Positions 50,650 through 64,000 of a stretch of 64,000 nucleotides of DNA are shown here, piece by piece. Position 1 is the first letter of the stretch, and each line of letters begins with the position of its first letter. The notes under the pieces are model-generated. The model was not told the origin of the DNA, searched no databases, and saw only the letters and a list, made by a program, of their open reading frames with translations. A program made the translations under genes and the position numbers. Source of the DNA: Octopus bimaculoides (lineage: Eukaryota); NCBI RefSeq assembly GCF_001194135.2, contig NC_068997.1:37449536-37513535 (forward strand), in the 5' to 3' direction.

Positions 50650-50878
50650 GGCCATTTCAAGTGACTCCTTTAATTAATTAATGAAAACATTACATCGTTT
50701 GAAAGAAATCGATCTCTTCAGATGATTGCATAGACTTCAAACATAGAGGATACAACCATTTCCTTAGCATATTCACATCAATAATGTTTGAAGTCTATGC
50801 AGTCATCTGAAGAGAATGGTTTCTTTCAAATAATGTAATGCCTTTATTAATCAATTAAAAGAGTTGCTTGAGATAGCC
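50650..50878. repeat. Foldback element (~95-bp arms, 40-bp loop) with a CTGAAGA hammerhead-like remnant in each arm
   Basis: ...ctcttcagatgattgcatagacttcaaaca / tgtttgaagtctatgcagtcatctgaagag... Confidence 0.65.
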
Positions 50879-51268
50879 GTAATAAAATGACACATGTACA
50901 TCTTTCTTACCCATTTATATTTTATTCAGCTAACCTGGAATTTGCACTTCAGAAACACTATAGAAAGTACTTTTATAAAGTACTTCTTACTTCGCAGCTA
51001 TACCTGTGCCTATATCTTACTGATAAGAATAAAGTTTCTCAAATGGGTAGAGAAATTTGAAGGATTGTTTTGGGATATCTTCATTTATCTGGGTTGTGTT
51101 GTCTGCACATGGCAGGAATATCAGGTACAACACCCCTGCACGGAGTCTTGATATTCAATATTCAATTGATATTGTTTGAGAGTGTGGATTATACCGACCT
51201 AGCAAGGTACCTCAATTTAAGTACCTAATTCAATGGAAACTTAATTATATATATATATATATATATAT

Positions 51269-51333
<65 letters not shown>

Positions 51334-51584
51334 TTAAACGTGACTTGAACAAATAAAGCTTTGAATAATAAGTAAATATTGGTTAAAAAATCCCTTTTGG
51401 ATAGAAAGTACCAAAGGCTGCTCATAGGACTCAAAAATCTGCATCTCCAGTAGACAAGACAGGCATTCTATCATTGGGCCAAAACAATACTTCAAATTTC
51501 TCTACCCATTTCAGAAACTTTATTCTTATCAGCAAGATATAGGCACAGGTATGGCTGTGAAGAAGTTTGCTTCCCAATCACATG

Positions 51585-51954
51585 ACGATATGTGCATCTC
51601 TGATCATGAGCAGAAGTAGTGGGGGAGCATCATAGCCATGTGTTGAGAGGAACTTTTTGGGTGTTTGAATAAAACACCTTTGGAAACATGGGTGTTTTGC
51701 TTAACATCCTTAAACAAACCTTATTGAGGGACCTTTTGAGCGGGATGGGCTACTTGACATGAAGAAAATTCTAAAATTCCACCTGCGAGGTCATGCGCTG
51801 TTTATCTTGATATGAGAATCACCATGTTGCACACATATGGTTGTGATGCATGTGCCTGGTGTACCCTTATCAGATGGGTAGTCATGATGGGTATAATGGG
51901 CTTCGTATATTTTACCCTGGTGTCACTTTGATGGCAAGGACTGCTCTCTCACTC

Positions 51955-51998
<44 letters not shown>
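51585..51998 (+). mobile_element. Interspersed repeat ending in an (AAT)n tail (probable retroelement 3' end), preceded by a truncated SINE A head at 51542-51585
   Basis: GC-richer, non-coding block terminating ...ctctctcactc(aat)14. Confidence 0.45.
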
Positions 51999-51999
<1 letters not shown>

Positions 52000-52830
52000 T
52001 CTGTGTGTTTAGAAAAAATCTCAAAGGGGGAGGTGTTGTGGTGGATGCCCCCAGATGAGAAGTGGGCTGGTCCACTACAAATGAATAGTGGATGGACACA
52101 GCCAGTAATATCATTCGGCAAAGGTACGCCATTCGAACCTGCGATACATCAGATAGTATCTGAAGAATGTGAGTCACTTTGCTCTGTTCTAATTTGCAGA
52201 ACCCAAGCATTTCTTTCTGCATCCTAGATTTAAGAGCTGTAGGCTTCTCATCAGTTCTCCTTAGATGTTCTATTTTGCCTGAATTTTTGAAGAGCATTCA
52301 CATCTACTGGGCAGCTGATCTCTATAATGATGTATGACTTTTACTTCTTATCCCTTACAACCATATTTAGCCTGTTGTGCTTACACCAGATTGCTACTTT
52401 TATTGGAATCCTCCATAGAATTCTTTATTTTTAAAGGTGTTGATACTCTCTGATTCTAGTGTGCCTTTGGTATGGCCATTAAAACAATTCTTTCTTGTGG
52501 ATAGCATTGTAAACTAAAATTGCTGATGATATCATGTTGCTTAGGGAGGTAGTATGTTGTAGATATTTTGGGGTTTCTTCTGGTGTGATAAATGATATCT
52601 TCCACACTAATCTGGCATAATTGACACTTTCTGTCACAGCATGCATGTTTAAAGGCATCTACATCTCTTTTGTTGATTAGGTATTTAGTAGCTATCTCCT
52701 CTTCATGCATACCCAAAACATAGCCTTTTAAATGAGATGTGTTTTGCATGAGACAGGTCCAGGAGAGGCTACTATTCTTGTTAATGTTGCTAGAATACTT
52801 CAGCCTGTGTACCATGTACCTACGCATAAC
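51999..52830 (-). mobile_element. R4/Dong-like RLE retrotransposon, 3' part (third family)
   Basis: SHLKGYVLGMHEEEIATKYLINKR...DRKCQLCQISVEDII...TYYLPKQHD (CCHC-type region), followed by RLNMVVRDK...IIEISCPVD. 3' UTR ends at (TTA)n. Confidence 0.72.
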
Positions 52831-53838
52831 TTTCTGCTGAGAGGTAATTTTTTATTCCCACTTAAACGTAGATGTTCTGTTAGAACAAACTACACTGAGG
52901 TAGATAATATGATTAACTTCCATATTGGCTTTTGGTGCAAAATTCACTCTTGTTTATATCGCTAGAGGGGAAATAAATTTCTGCCACCTCCAGATCACAT
53001 GATTTTGACCTTCTTTGGTCTTGTCAATGATGGATGCTTGACTGCTAGAAATAACAGTGACTCATCTCTCCACCAACGATATATAGAATAACAGTGTCAG
53101 AACAGGTGCTGGCGTCACAATTAGCCATTGAGCTTGTTAAAAAATATATATTAGTGATAGAGGTAGTATTAATACTAAGAGATAATATCTATCCCCACTT
53201 AAACATGGATGTTCTGTCAGAACAAACTATACTGTGGTAGATGCCATGAGAGAAACTCTCATATTGGCTTTTGGTGCAAAATGTCAATATATATCTTTTA
53301 ACTTTCTGCTGGTATAGTGAGTATTTCTCTTCTATCTTTGTTTAATTAGGTCAATCCAGTCACCCCTGGTTCACATAACTATATTCATTTTTCTCTTCAT
53401 TGTTTAGTAAATGTTGTCTATATGACAGAATGTGATACTGAAAGGCAGTGTTGACTGATCTTATCCCACTGTTTAACATAGATCCTGTCAGTGTCAGTGT
53501 TGATGTAGAAGTTACATTTCATTTTTAGTATCTTCTAGTTTTCATGTCCAAGTTGCAAGTTTTTTTTCAGGTGTCTTGTCTAGTATCCCCATGGACACTG
53601 CTAAAACATTGTGGGGTGTAGTTTCATTAAATGTGAGCAGTTCTAATCTTTTAAAGTGTACTGAAATGTTCTTTTGCTACTCCTTTTATTCACTGCACCA
53701 ATGTATGCAATATTCACATCTGTTCTAAGGTATTTTTTACAGTCACCTCTGGTGATAAGGGAGACAAACAGGCCATTGATATTCCATATTTTTTGCTTTG
53801 ATGGCAACCTTTCCTCATTTGTGTGTGCATGTGCATTT

Positions 53839-53880
<42 letters not shown>

Positions 53881-53959
53881 GAATGTACGTGTGCATATGA
53901 GAGACTGTCCTGTAGGTTTTGATGTATGAATATCTGACAACCTACACTTTCTTTCTCTG

Positions 53960-54310
53960 TCATAATGCTTATGTGACATTTGAGTCCCACCAACAATTTG
54001 CAAAGCAGCCCACATTTGTCGCAAGTATGAGGATTATGGATTAATGCAGGCGGTATATTTGCAGTCACTTTTTTCCTTTGTCTTGTACCCCTAAGCCTGT
54101 TAATGCTGGTTGAAACAAAGTCTCTTATACTGTTTTGACATGATGATCTCCATTTTGTTCACTCCAAGGCTGTTTGCTCAAAGGTGTTGTGAGGTATATC
54201 AACTGCTTGTCGTTATATCTGAGCCATGGTTGGCCAACATTTCTGTACTCACTATCAACCTTGCTGTATATGAGGACTGAGTATTCTTTCATCACTCATT
54301 ATTTTCCTGT
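53960..54310 (-). mobile_element. RTE-like C-terminal relic
   Basis: LIYSKVDSEYRNVGQPWLRYND followed by HTCDKCGLLCKLLVGLKCH (C2H-type zinc knuckle). Confidence 0.55.
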
Positions 54311-55699
54311 GCTTGCATCAATTAGAAATCATTGAGGCAGATTTTCTGCACCTGACTGCCCTTCCTGTTACCAACTGTCACTGGTTTTCAAGCAAAGTAT
54401 TTAATATTACTCTCCATGTTCAGACATATTTTTCAATGAAGACTGGAGACAAATGACACTACTTCGTGTGATGGTGATGCTAATTTACAGCCATCACGTA
54501 ATGTCAAAGGAAAGGTATACACACAAGCTCACACACACACATACTTATTTTACTACCATTTAACTGTCAAATTATGTATGTTTGTGGGGGGATGTATGCA
54601 TGCATATATGTCTATTTGTACATATGAATATATAGAATTATTTACAAATAAGGGTTCTGAATTCCAGTTCAAATTTCAAATTTGGTCAGGGACAATATAT
54701 ATACCCATATATATGTATACATATACAATGGGTGTCCTCTAATATTTATCAAATTCACTCACAAAGTTTTGGCTGGCTTGAACTCTTGTAGTAGACATTT
54801 GCTCAAGGTACCATGACTGCATGGAACTGAAACCAACACCATGTGTTAGGAAGCAAGCTCCTTAACCACACAAACACCTGTGTCTGTACACAGATACACA
54901 CCTGTGCCTGTATACACACTCACACAAATGCATACCCATACAGACACATATTTTTATGCTTGTATATATTTTCGTATATATTTTATGCTTGTATAGTTTA
55001 TGTATGTGTATACCTGTGTGTGTGTGTGTGTGTGTGGGTGTGTGAAGAGAAAGGAAACCTGTTGAATCCTAAATTTATTACATATCAAAAAGTTATTGAA
55101 AAGCATCTAATATCATTTAAATTTTAGATTCACATGAAAATGGTAATATTCATGAACACTCTTTCTAAATATAATTCTGCAATCTTTGTTGTATTTGTCT
55201 TTCAAATGGTTTACATCAAAATGAGCATATTCAAAAGGTGATTCTTTTTTGTTATCATAGTAACTTTTAGATAACACTCCTATATTATATGGTTAACACT
55301 GTTATTCTGCATTAAATCAAAGTTGATGAATGTTATATAAAGTAAGCTTTGATTAGTCTATTTCTGGTAAAGACTGGCATAAATTTTGGTTTTGAATTTA
55401 ATAATTCTTTCTCATATAGGCATTTACTCACAAAGCTAAGTGCACCAATTATTATTGGTATAAATGTGAATTTATAATCTGGAAATAGAAGCTAGAGGTT
55501 TTGAAGTTGTCCATAATTGTCCTCTTTTTCTTTGATTTTCAAACAACAATATCTGGTTGGCTATATTTATACTATTGATGGGAATGTTCCACTAGTATTC
55601 TTTGAGTTGATGTTTGTGCATGTATTCAATAACAAGGAGACTCTCTATATTCATTCCAGGAGAGTATTTTTTTTCTGGCTAGTATTGTATATTGTTTTT

Positions 55700-56150
55700 G
55701 TAACAACATCATGTCGCATAGGGAGGTAGTACCTTGATGATATTTTCGGGCAGCTGCTAATCATGTGTAATGTTTCCAGAGAAATATGACCTAATCTACA
55801 TTTTCAATTGCATCTTGGAGTTCCAAGGGCTGCACTGTCTCTTGTTTATTAGGTATTTTATAGCAATTGCCTGTTCTTGGATTGCAAATACATAGCCATG
55901 CATGCATGCATGCATGGCTATGTATGTATGTATGTATGTATGTATGTATGTATGTACTTTGCTGCTGCTTTTACTCCTGCTTTTGCTAAGGTTATCTCTC
56001 TGGGAATTTATGTCAGATATCGATCTTCTGGACGCCTCTTTAATCTTCGCCAATTTGCTGCCAATTCATAGGTCCTCCAGTCTATTATTCGTGACCTCCT
56101 TTATGCAGATGACTGTGACTTAGTCACTCATACAGTGGATGACATGCAAA
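55700..56150 (-). mobile_element. R4/Dong-like fragment of the same family as 51999-52830, split by a (CATA)n/(CATG)n microsatellite
   Basis: GYVFAIQEQAIAIKYLINKRQ matches GYVLGMHEEEIATKYLINKR. Confidence 0.65.
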
Positions 56151-56159
56151 TACTCATCA

Positions 56160-57060
56160 ATTGCATTTCTGCAAGGCATTTGAACTTGGCATTAGCCTAG
56201 ATAAGACTGNNNNNNNNNNNNNNNNNNNNNNNNNNNNNNNNNNNNNNNNNNNNNNNNNNNNNNNNNNNNNNNNNNNNNNNNCTTCAGTCTCGTGTCTGGT
56301 CCCAGCTTGGCATAGCAAGGCAAACAAAAGTTGCTGTGTACCGTGCTTGTGTACTAACATCACTCCTCTACTTGTGTGAAACATGGACTCTGTACAAATG
56401 TCAGGTAAGGGTCCTTGAACGCTTTCATCAGAGATGTCTCAGGCACATTCTCAATGTTGGCTGGACCTCAAGGATTCCAGACACACAGATCCTGAGGACA
56501 GCTGATATCTTGAGTATTGAGGTGATGGTGCACAAGCACCGGTTATGTTGGACTGGATAGGTTATTAGAATGAAGGAGAGCAGGATTCCTAAGCAGATGC
56601 TATATGGAGAACTTGTGAATGGAAGGAAACTCCGGCAGAAACCAAGGCTGTGCTTTAAGGACTGTGTCAAGTCCTCATTAAAGGCCTGTGATATGCAGGA
56701 CACTGACTGNNNNNNNNNNGTCAAGTCCTCATTAAAGGCCTGTGATATGCAGGACACTGACTGGGAGAGCAATGCCTGTCATCGCCACAGATGGAGGAAA
56801 CAGGTTAAGGAGGGGATCAACACTTTTGAGAGAGCACGTATCCAGCATGAAGAATTTAAGCGAGTTGCACGAATGTGCACGGCTCGTATAGTGAATGGGG
56901 AAAGCTTAGTATGCAATGTTTGCAGTCGTGTGGTGCTTGTCAAGAGCAGGGCTCATTAGCCACCAACAGAGCCGTAAATGCAAAATGTAAGTTGGTACTG
57001 GAGCGTAGAATGTTCTTGAAGGTCGGCAAATGTCTTCCTCGGTCACGGGTAGACGGCCAT
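56160..57060 (+). mobile_element. RTE-clade LINE 3' part (third family)
   Basis: FELGISLDKT, YRACVLTSLLYLCETWTLY...LERFHQRCLRHIL, RIPKQMLYGEL...KPRLCFKDCVKSSLK, CNVCSRV. Confidence 0.9.
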
Positions 57061-57219
57061 CATCATGTATGTATGTATGTATGTATGTTCTTTTGTTCCA
57101 TTACTTTTATTTTAAGCATTCCCTTTGCAGAATTGAAGCCAGTTACTAACAATGTGGCAAGGCTCTTTTGTTGAAGTCATGATAGTTCTTGGAGTTCATG
57201 GTTACCTAACTTGGATGAT

Positions 57220-57443
<224 letters not shown>

Positions 57444-60400
57444 ACTCACACTGCTAACATATGCAATATTTTTCATCAATACTGAGGTATTTGTGACATT
57501 TATATGATAGGTGAGATAGATAGGCAATTCGTATCCATTTTCTTAGTCTGGTTAACAATTTCTCTTTATTTAACTAACATTTAACTGTCAAATTATGTAT
57601 GTTTGTGTGTGTGTGTGTGTGTGTGGGGTATGTATGCATGCATATATGTATGTTTGTACATATGAATATATAGAATTATTTACAAGTAAGTGTTCTGAAT
57701 TCCAGTCCAAAGTTCAAATCTGGTCAGGGACAATATATATTTCTAGAAAAAAGAATATCTTGCATTTTTTGTTTCATATGATAATAACTCGTCTTTGAGT
57801 TCAGGCATGAAATATGTATATCTTTCTGTACACATGTATGGTGATGTTGAATTTAATATGCCATCAGATCTCTAGGGTGCCACTAAAGAATTCCCATACA
57901 GTGCATCAAGAGTCATTCATCTTACCTGTTTCTCTTCTATCTCCAAGCAGTAAAGGCTGGAGGTGGTGAACTTGGCACCACAAACTAAAGAGAAGTTGTC
58001 AATTCATTATTCTACAGTTGCTAATAACTGCAACTCTGTAAAATTAGTAAGTTGGTTTAAACATGAGGTACCTACTTGTAGTTTAAGTATTGAACCAATT
58101 AAAAATTAAATATCTTTCCTGTATTTTAGTGGCAGGATACCTCCTGACTTATTGTTTGATTCCTTATACATAGACCTACCAGTGCTCTTCATATAGCTTA
58201 CATAAATCCTACTTTGTATGTAGTGTCTCAATAAATTTCTGTTGAGCTGATATGAGAAGTATGTTGCTTACCCACAGCTGCTTGCAAGTACCATTTCAAA
58301 TATAGAGGTATTGCTGCAATTTGATATGTCTTCTAACAGAAATTATCTCAAAGACTGCTATATTTTTTTATACAGAAGGGATAGTATTAATGTCAGTTTG
58401 GGCATACATTCTGTAAATTGTTTCATGTTACCCCAAAATAAAGTTACTTTACTCTAACAGTCTAAATATGCTATTATTTTAGTAGTCTGTACCAATGAGC
58501 AATAACTTTACAAGTAGTTTTAATGTTGCTTAATCTTTTATCTTCTTAATTGTTGCTATTTTCCAATGTTGAGTTCATCTTCTTCCCTTTTGTTGGCTGT
58601 TTTGCTCGTGGAACATCCATCTAGAAATACCAGTTATTTACTTTGTTATCAGTGAACTGATTGAAGTGGAGAGAAAAGAATGAATAAAGATTATGTTAGC
58701 AGAGAAGAGATGAGAGTGTTTAGTAGTATATTGAATGAAAGTAACTTTTGCCGCTTATCAACAAATGAATTATGATGCATGTGAAATATAAACTGGCATA
58801 TTAAGAATGATTGAGTTTATTATATTATATTATTTCAATGGGAAGAAATGTGAAGCAATTTTACTACACATAACTAACATATTCAAATGACCAGAGAATT
58901 TGAGATATAGTTATGTATGATGTGGGTCATAATTGTAGGAAACTAGCAACTATAAGAATTTGCTTTTTATTTATGTTTCAGTGAATAAAACTGGATGTAC
59001 ATTTTATTTCAAAGATAAATTATGTATTCAGTTTATTATTTTAATAATTTTTTTAAATAAGTAGGCAAATTATCAAGAAAAATGTTTCTTTTATAGCTTG
59101 TAAATGCTGTTTCAGGTCACTCAGTTTTTTTACAAAGTTCATATTCTGTGTGTTAAAAAATAATGTTTATTTTCATATATTTTGTATTTTAGCCTTTCAT
59201 ATATCAAATAGAATTATATCTAGAATTGAAGAAGTCTGTAGATAAATCAAATTGATATTATAGTAAATATAAATAATCCAGTTAATAATGGGGTGACTTA
59301 TGTAGTTTTGTTACTTCCCATTTTGAGAAAAATGGATTTGTACTCTTTAAATCAAACATTTTTTTGTTTTGATAACATCTACAAATGTGCCATAATTAAG
59401 TATTAAAAGTTATATTTAACAGATTTTTAACTGATTGTTTATTAATAACTATAATTTCATCAGGTTTTACTTAATTAGCAAAGTTTGCTGATCTATCTTT
59501 AATTTCTTTTATTATTGAAGAAAACATCCAGTCCAAATACAACTTTATTTTATTTCCTTGCCACACACACTTACACTCACGCACACAAATTCACACCTAC
59601 AAACATAACCCCTTTTCCTATATCTGAAGTATAGGCCTATTTATACAACTGACAGGCTGCCCAGCCCACTGATACTACTATAGTAACTTGGCTTCCAATT
59701 TGTCCATTATTCTATCGTGCATCAAACAGGAATGGGTGCATAAACCACCAAGTGGGTGAGCCATGATTGATAATACAAGCAGTATTAACTGCAGGTGAGT
59801 CCTTGTCCGTGTTTCTGAACTCAATCAACCTACCATCAGCCATATGCCTGCATGTTGTTCTCCTGCCAGCTGTTATCTACTGCTGCTGTTGCTACCACCA
59901 CCATATTGCCAAAGTCACCTATTAGCTTCAGCTGTTAGTTGCATGAAAATGCACCAATATATCTCTATGGGATAAAGTGTTACAGCTATATTTTTTAAAG
60001 TTTAAAAGAAAAATAGCTCTTTTATGGTGTTGGGAAAACTTCAGTTTCCACAAGCTAATAAATTTTGCTTATTTGATAAGTTTACATGCTTTTTGGAGGT
60101 ACTTTTATCAAATTAATTTCGATGTTAAAATTAAAATATATATATCTTTATTTATAATATAAATTTGGAAATACAGATTATCGAAATTTAGTCATATATT
60201 TTAATGAAAAATTTAATATATTTTATAAAAAGGATTACTAATTTTGAAATTACACAAAGAGAAATTACCTGTAGTTTTTCATGCATTTTTATAACTATAA
60301 TTATTAATAAAATTATAGAATCATTTACAGTATTGAAGTAGTATTTTATAGAATTTAACTTACAGGTTACTTGACACTATTTGAGGCTAATATGTAAATG

Positions 60401-63400
60401 TTTTACACATATAAGCACATTAGAATTATAGTGAAAGATGTATAAGAAGTTGAGAATTTAAATTTTCCCATGTAGTTAATAGAAATAAAATAGTTGAGTA
60501 AGTCTTTGAAATCAGTGTCTTACTTTTAAAAATATTTTATATGATTTGCATTTTAGTTTATAAAAATAGTTTACCTATGGATATTTATTTTTAATTTTGA
60601 AATTGCTTTTTGATATTTATTTTGATTAATTGTATGGAAAAAATGCATTAAATATAAACTTCTTCAAATATTAAGAATTGAAAAGATTCCATATGTGGTT
60701 GAAACACAAGATTAATATTTGAAGATTTCTTTAATAATTTGTAGTTAAATAAGCAAATATTTTAACACTTGTGGAAATACTATTTTCTCAAGATATTCCT
60801 ATCCTTATCCCTACCTGTTGTCTAATTTTCATTGAGATATAATTTTTTTAATCTATATAGATATTCCTTGTTTAATATATCCTAAATTACTAATGAATCT
60901 ACTTATTACCAGCAATTAAATTGGAAACCCTTGTTGTAAAATTAGATACACCTGTCACTGAAAATTACTTTCAATATTGATTGAAAGGATTGTTTTTCAT
61001 AGATTATATAATTTGATTCATTTAGCATGACTTCTGAAATAATTTATTAATTTCATTTGTAAATATTTTGAACAGTATAAAATACTTTATTTTCCAGGCT
61101 CTTTCTAATCAATGAATTATTTAAAAAAAAAGCATCAAATCATTCTCTGAGTTTCCAACTTTTTAGAAGTATATTAAAAAAATTATTATCATATAATTCT
61201 TTTAAAAGAGAAATTTTTAAAAACCCATCAATATTAATAATATTTTAATCCAGTGTTTTTCTTAAGAGTTTAATTTAATTAGAGAATTTTTATGGACTAT
61301 ATATTTTCATTAACTGGATACTGGTAATATTTTACAATAGAATTCGCTTTTAATTATAACTTTCTATACTTAAACTTTATGTTAATGCAATTCGAACAGG
61401 TATTAGAAAATTATTTAATTGGAAAATCAAATTAAAATTTTGTATTTTGTTTTCTTTGATTCATACTTAATTGCAGTTTATTGCTTATATTTACAGTATG
61501 AAATATATCTTATCTTTCCCTTATTTTTCAAATCTTCAAAATTGATATTTATAATTATATTTTTGTATCATCTACCTTTCTTGTATATCACATTGCTTAC
61601 TAGTATATATTTATATATATATATATTCAATTATTAAGATGGAATAATTTAAAACGTTAATTAACATATTTATTGGTACCTGCTTTATATATCTATGCAT
61701 CCCATATTATGTGATTAGAATAGAATTTACTAACCATCAACTTACAGGTTTGTTCAGACATAATTGCCTTCTAACCCAGTTAATAGCTAGCATGATTTAT
61801 GAAACCAGTTCATTATGTTCTCTTATAATTGAAATTTACATGAATTGTGAATTCATTAATTTTCCTCAGGTTTAAATATCTATTTTTATTTTACCCCCAG
61901 TAAGAATTAAATTGTCAAAGTTTATAATGTTAATATTATAAAACCAGATGATATAGAAACATAAGGAATTACAATAATTAAGTGGCTAAGTTATTTGCCT
62001 TTTTGTATTTTTCTTCTTCAAGTCACTGATGCTGTGTTATGACATATTAGATATACTTTGCCCATTTATTTGATGACAGAGCAAGTATTAATATAAGGAA
62101 TGTGATTCTGGAATACAGGAGAAGCATTTTTATCTTTATAACAATCTTAATTATGAAACAATAGGGAAAGTGCTTTCTATGCTAAGATATTTCATCTCTT
62201 TGTTTAAAGATAGAAAATGTCTATAGCATTTTCGAATCTTCCAATACTTGTAAATAGGCATTACTACCTGATGTTAATATAGTTAATTTTCAGATCAAAT
62301 TCTTCCAAAAGTACTTTAGCAGAGAAAAATTGGTAAGAAAGGAGTCCCAATTAGATAAAATTTTGGTTATAAGTGGTTGGCCAAAGTGTTTAACCAGGCA
62401 AAATGATTAGATTAGTTAAGTGCTTAGGATTGGGAGTTAAAAAACATAGATGGAAGGTAAAAAAAAAAAAGAGATAGTTGAAACGAATATGTTTAGAGAT
62501 GTGTGTTAGCAACAAAATAAAGAACAGAAATACTTTATGCAGTTTCTTGGAGATTATTGGTGAATAAGACTGGTCTTTTTGAGGATATAGCCCATAGTGT
62601 AAGTACTGTGAGCGCTCTGTTTCAGATTGTACCAATTGCTTGGTGCTGAGTTGTTCTCTTGCTCTTAAAGGTAATCCAATATTTTTTTATGCTTCTAATT
62701 ATGAAATAAATTTGTTGCTACATGAAAAAGTCATTAAGGATTGTAGAGTCTTGCATTTGTAGGGTTTGTGTTGGTTTTAACTATGTGTTGTTTATGATCA
62801 TAAAGGTGTGAACTACAGACAGGTTTTCTTGCTGAACTTAGTTTTTGTTTTTTCTGAAGGTTGAATGGCAAGTTTCAATTTCAGTATAGTTTAGTGGAAA
62901 ATAAGTATGTCTATCAAGAAGCATTGAACAAATGAGTAGATAAGAACTATAGACAGAGAAAACAAAGCAATGGGTATAATTGGAATAAGATTTTCGGAGC
63001 TTAGTGTGGTTCTTAATCATTAATTTACAGGTAACCCCCCACCCCCCCAAAAAAATAAAATAAAAAAACTAAGCTGTTAGATATGCCCCAGTTGATAGGT
63101 TCCATGAACACATGTTAAAATAGCTTTTTGACAGGAGCTTTTAGTTTAGCTTATTAGGTACAAATGGTACCCAAAGGTTACAAATTTTATTTATGAAGTT
63201 AAGGATTCTGCTGATGTTGAAATAAAATTACTTTTGTTGAAGATTTTAAGGAGTGTAACGTAGAATTACTTGCTACTGACTAATTCCCACTCATATGAGT
63301 TTCCCTAAGAGCTAATACTTGTCATTTTGCTTTATACTAATTATATCTTTAATAAGCTGACAGCAGATGCTACTGTGTAAATAAGTTAGCCATGACATAT

Positions 63401-64000
63401 AACTATGTGATTTGAAATATTAACAGTCAAGTTAAAATTATTTAGAAGCCAATACAATGTAAAATGGAAATAAAAGAATGAAAATAGAAATAATAAGGCA
63501 AATCAACAGTTTACACTTTATCTTATATTTTGATATTTGAAGGTTTAAAACTTTTGTCAAGAGAAAATTTTGGATGATGTTGAGCTGGCATCTTTCACTC
63601 AGATATAAGAGAGAGGACATGCAACATTCACAGACTAGTATTGTTGTCGTAGCCAGTATGTTTGTGTAGTTTATGTCAGTTGTTAATGAATAAATTTAAT
63701 TTGGTAATGAGGATGGCCATCTTGGTCCTCAAATTACTGAGGTTCTGCACTGTTGCTTTAATAGTAATTTCGAAGTCTTGGATAAAGCATTACTCCAGAT
63801 TTATCTTAATTGATGTGTTTATCTGCACATGTTCCTTGGTACAAATGTGCAGTTTTGGGCAGTACTCCCAATGTAGGAACCACTATATTTATTGCAGACT
63901 ATTTTGTAGTCCCTGAAACACATATCCACATGCACAGCATGCATATATTGCTGTTGTATGTTGGACAATTTTCTGACAAAAATTTTATCAAGGAAGATTA

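Noticed and set aside
56667-56762. Exact ~43-bp tandem duplication inside the RTE fragment
   Set aside because: The two copies flank a 10-N gap (56710-56719), typical of an unmerged contig overlap rather than biology.

Overview
AT-rich, repeat-saturated eukaryotic DNA with about 15 assembly N-gaps. The SINE families, microsatellite load and transposon mix look like a coleoid cephalopod (Octopus); this is inferred from recalled repeat families and was not database-checked. The only host gene I can support is the 5' end of a poly(rC)-binding protein (PCBP/mub-type KH-domain) gene on the + strand. It has a start-codon exon (35027-35179, CDS from 35081), a 12,008-bp intron and a 24-nt microexon (47188-47211), which splice to MATERKMVQQNDNSPCPIQTAAILTVRMVMQGK-EVGSIIGK, the start of KH1. 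The next exons were not found in the window. The rest is decayed mobile DNA: RTE LINEs, R4/Dong-like RLE LINEs, Penelope-like (GIY-YIG) elements, Tc1/mariner relics and four tRNA-derived SINE families. The most unusual signal is a cluster of foldback (long inverted-repeat) elements with unexpected cargo: minimal type-I hammerhead ribozyme motifs (one with a fully intact core at 18293-18365, - strand), a TA-flanked MITE with an outward-facing tRNA-like Pol III unit in each arm (8346-8815), and a MITE with a central (CCCTAA)n-(TTAGGG)n palindrome inside the PCBP intron (48376-48996). Nearly all ORFs in the supplied track are microsatellite, N-gap or antisense artefacts.
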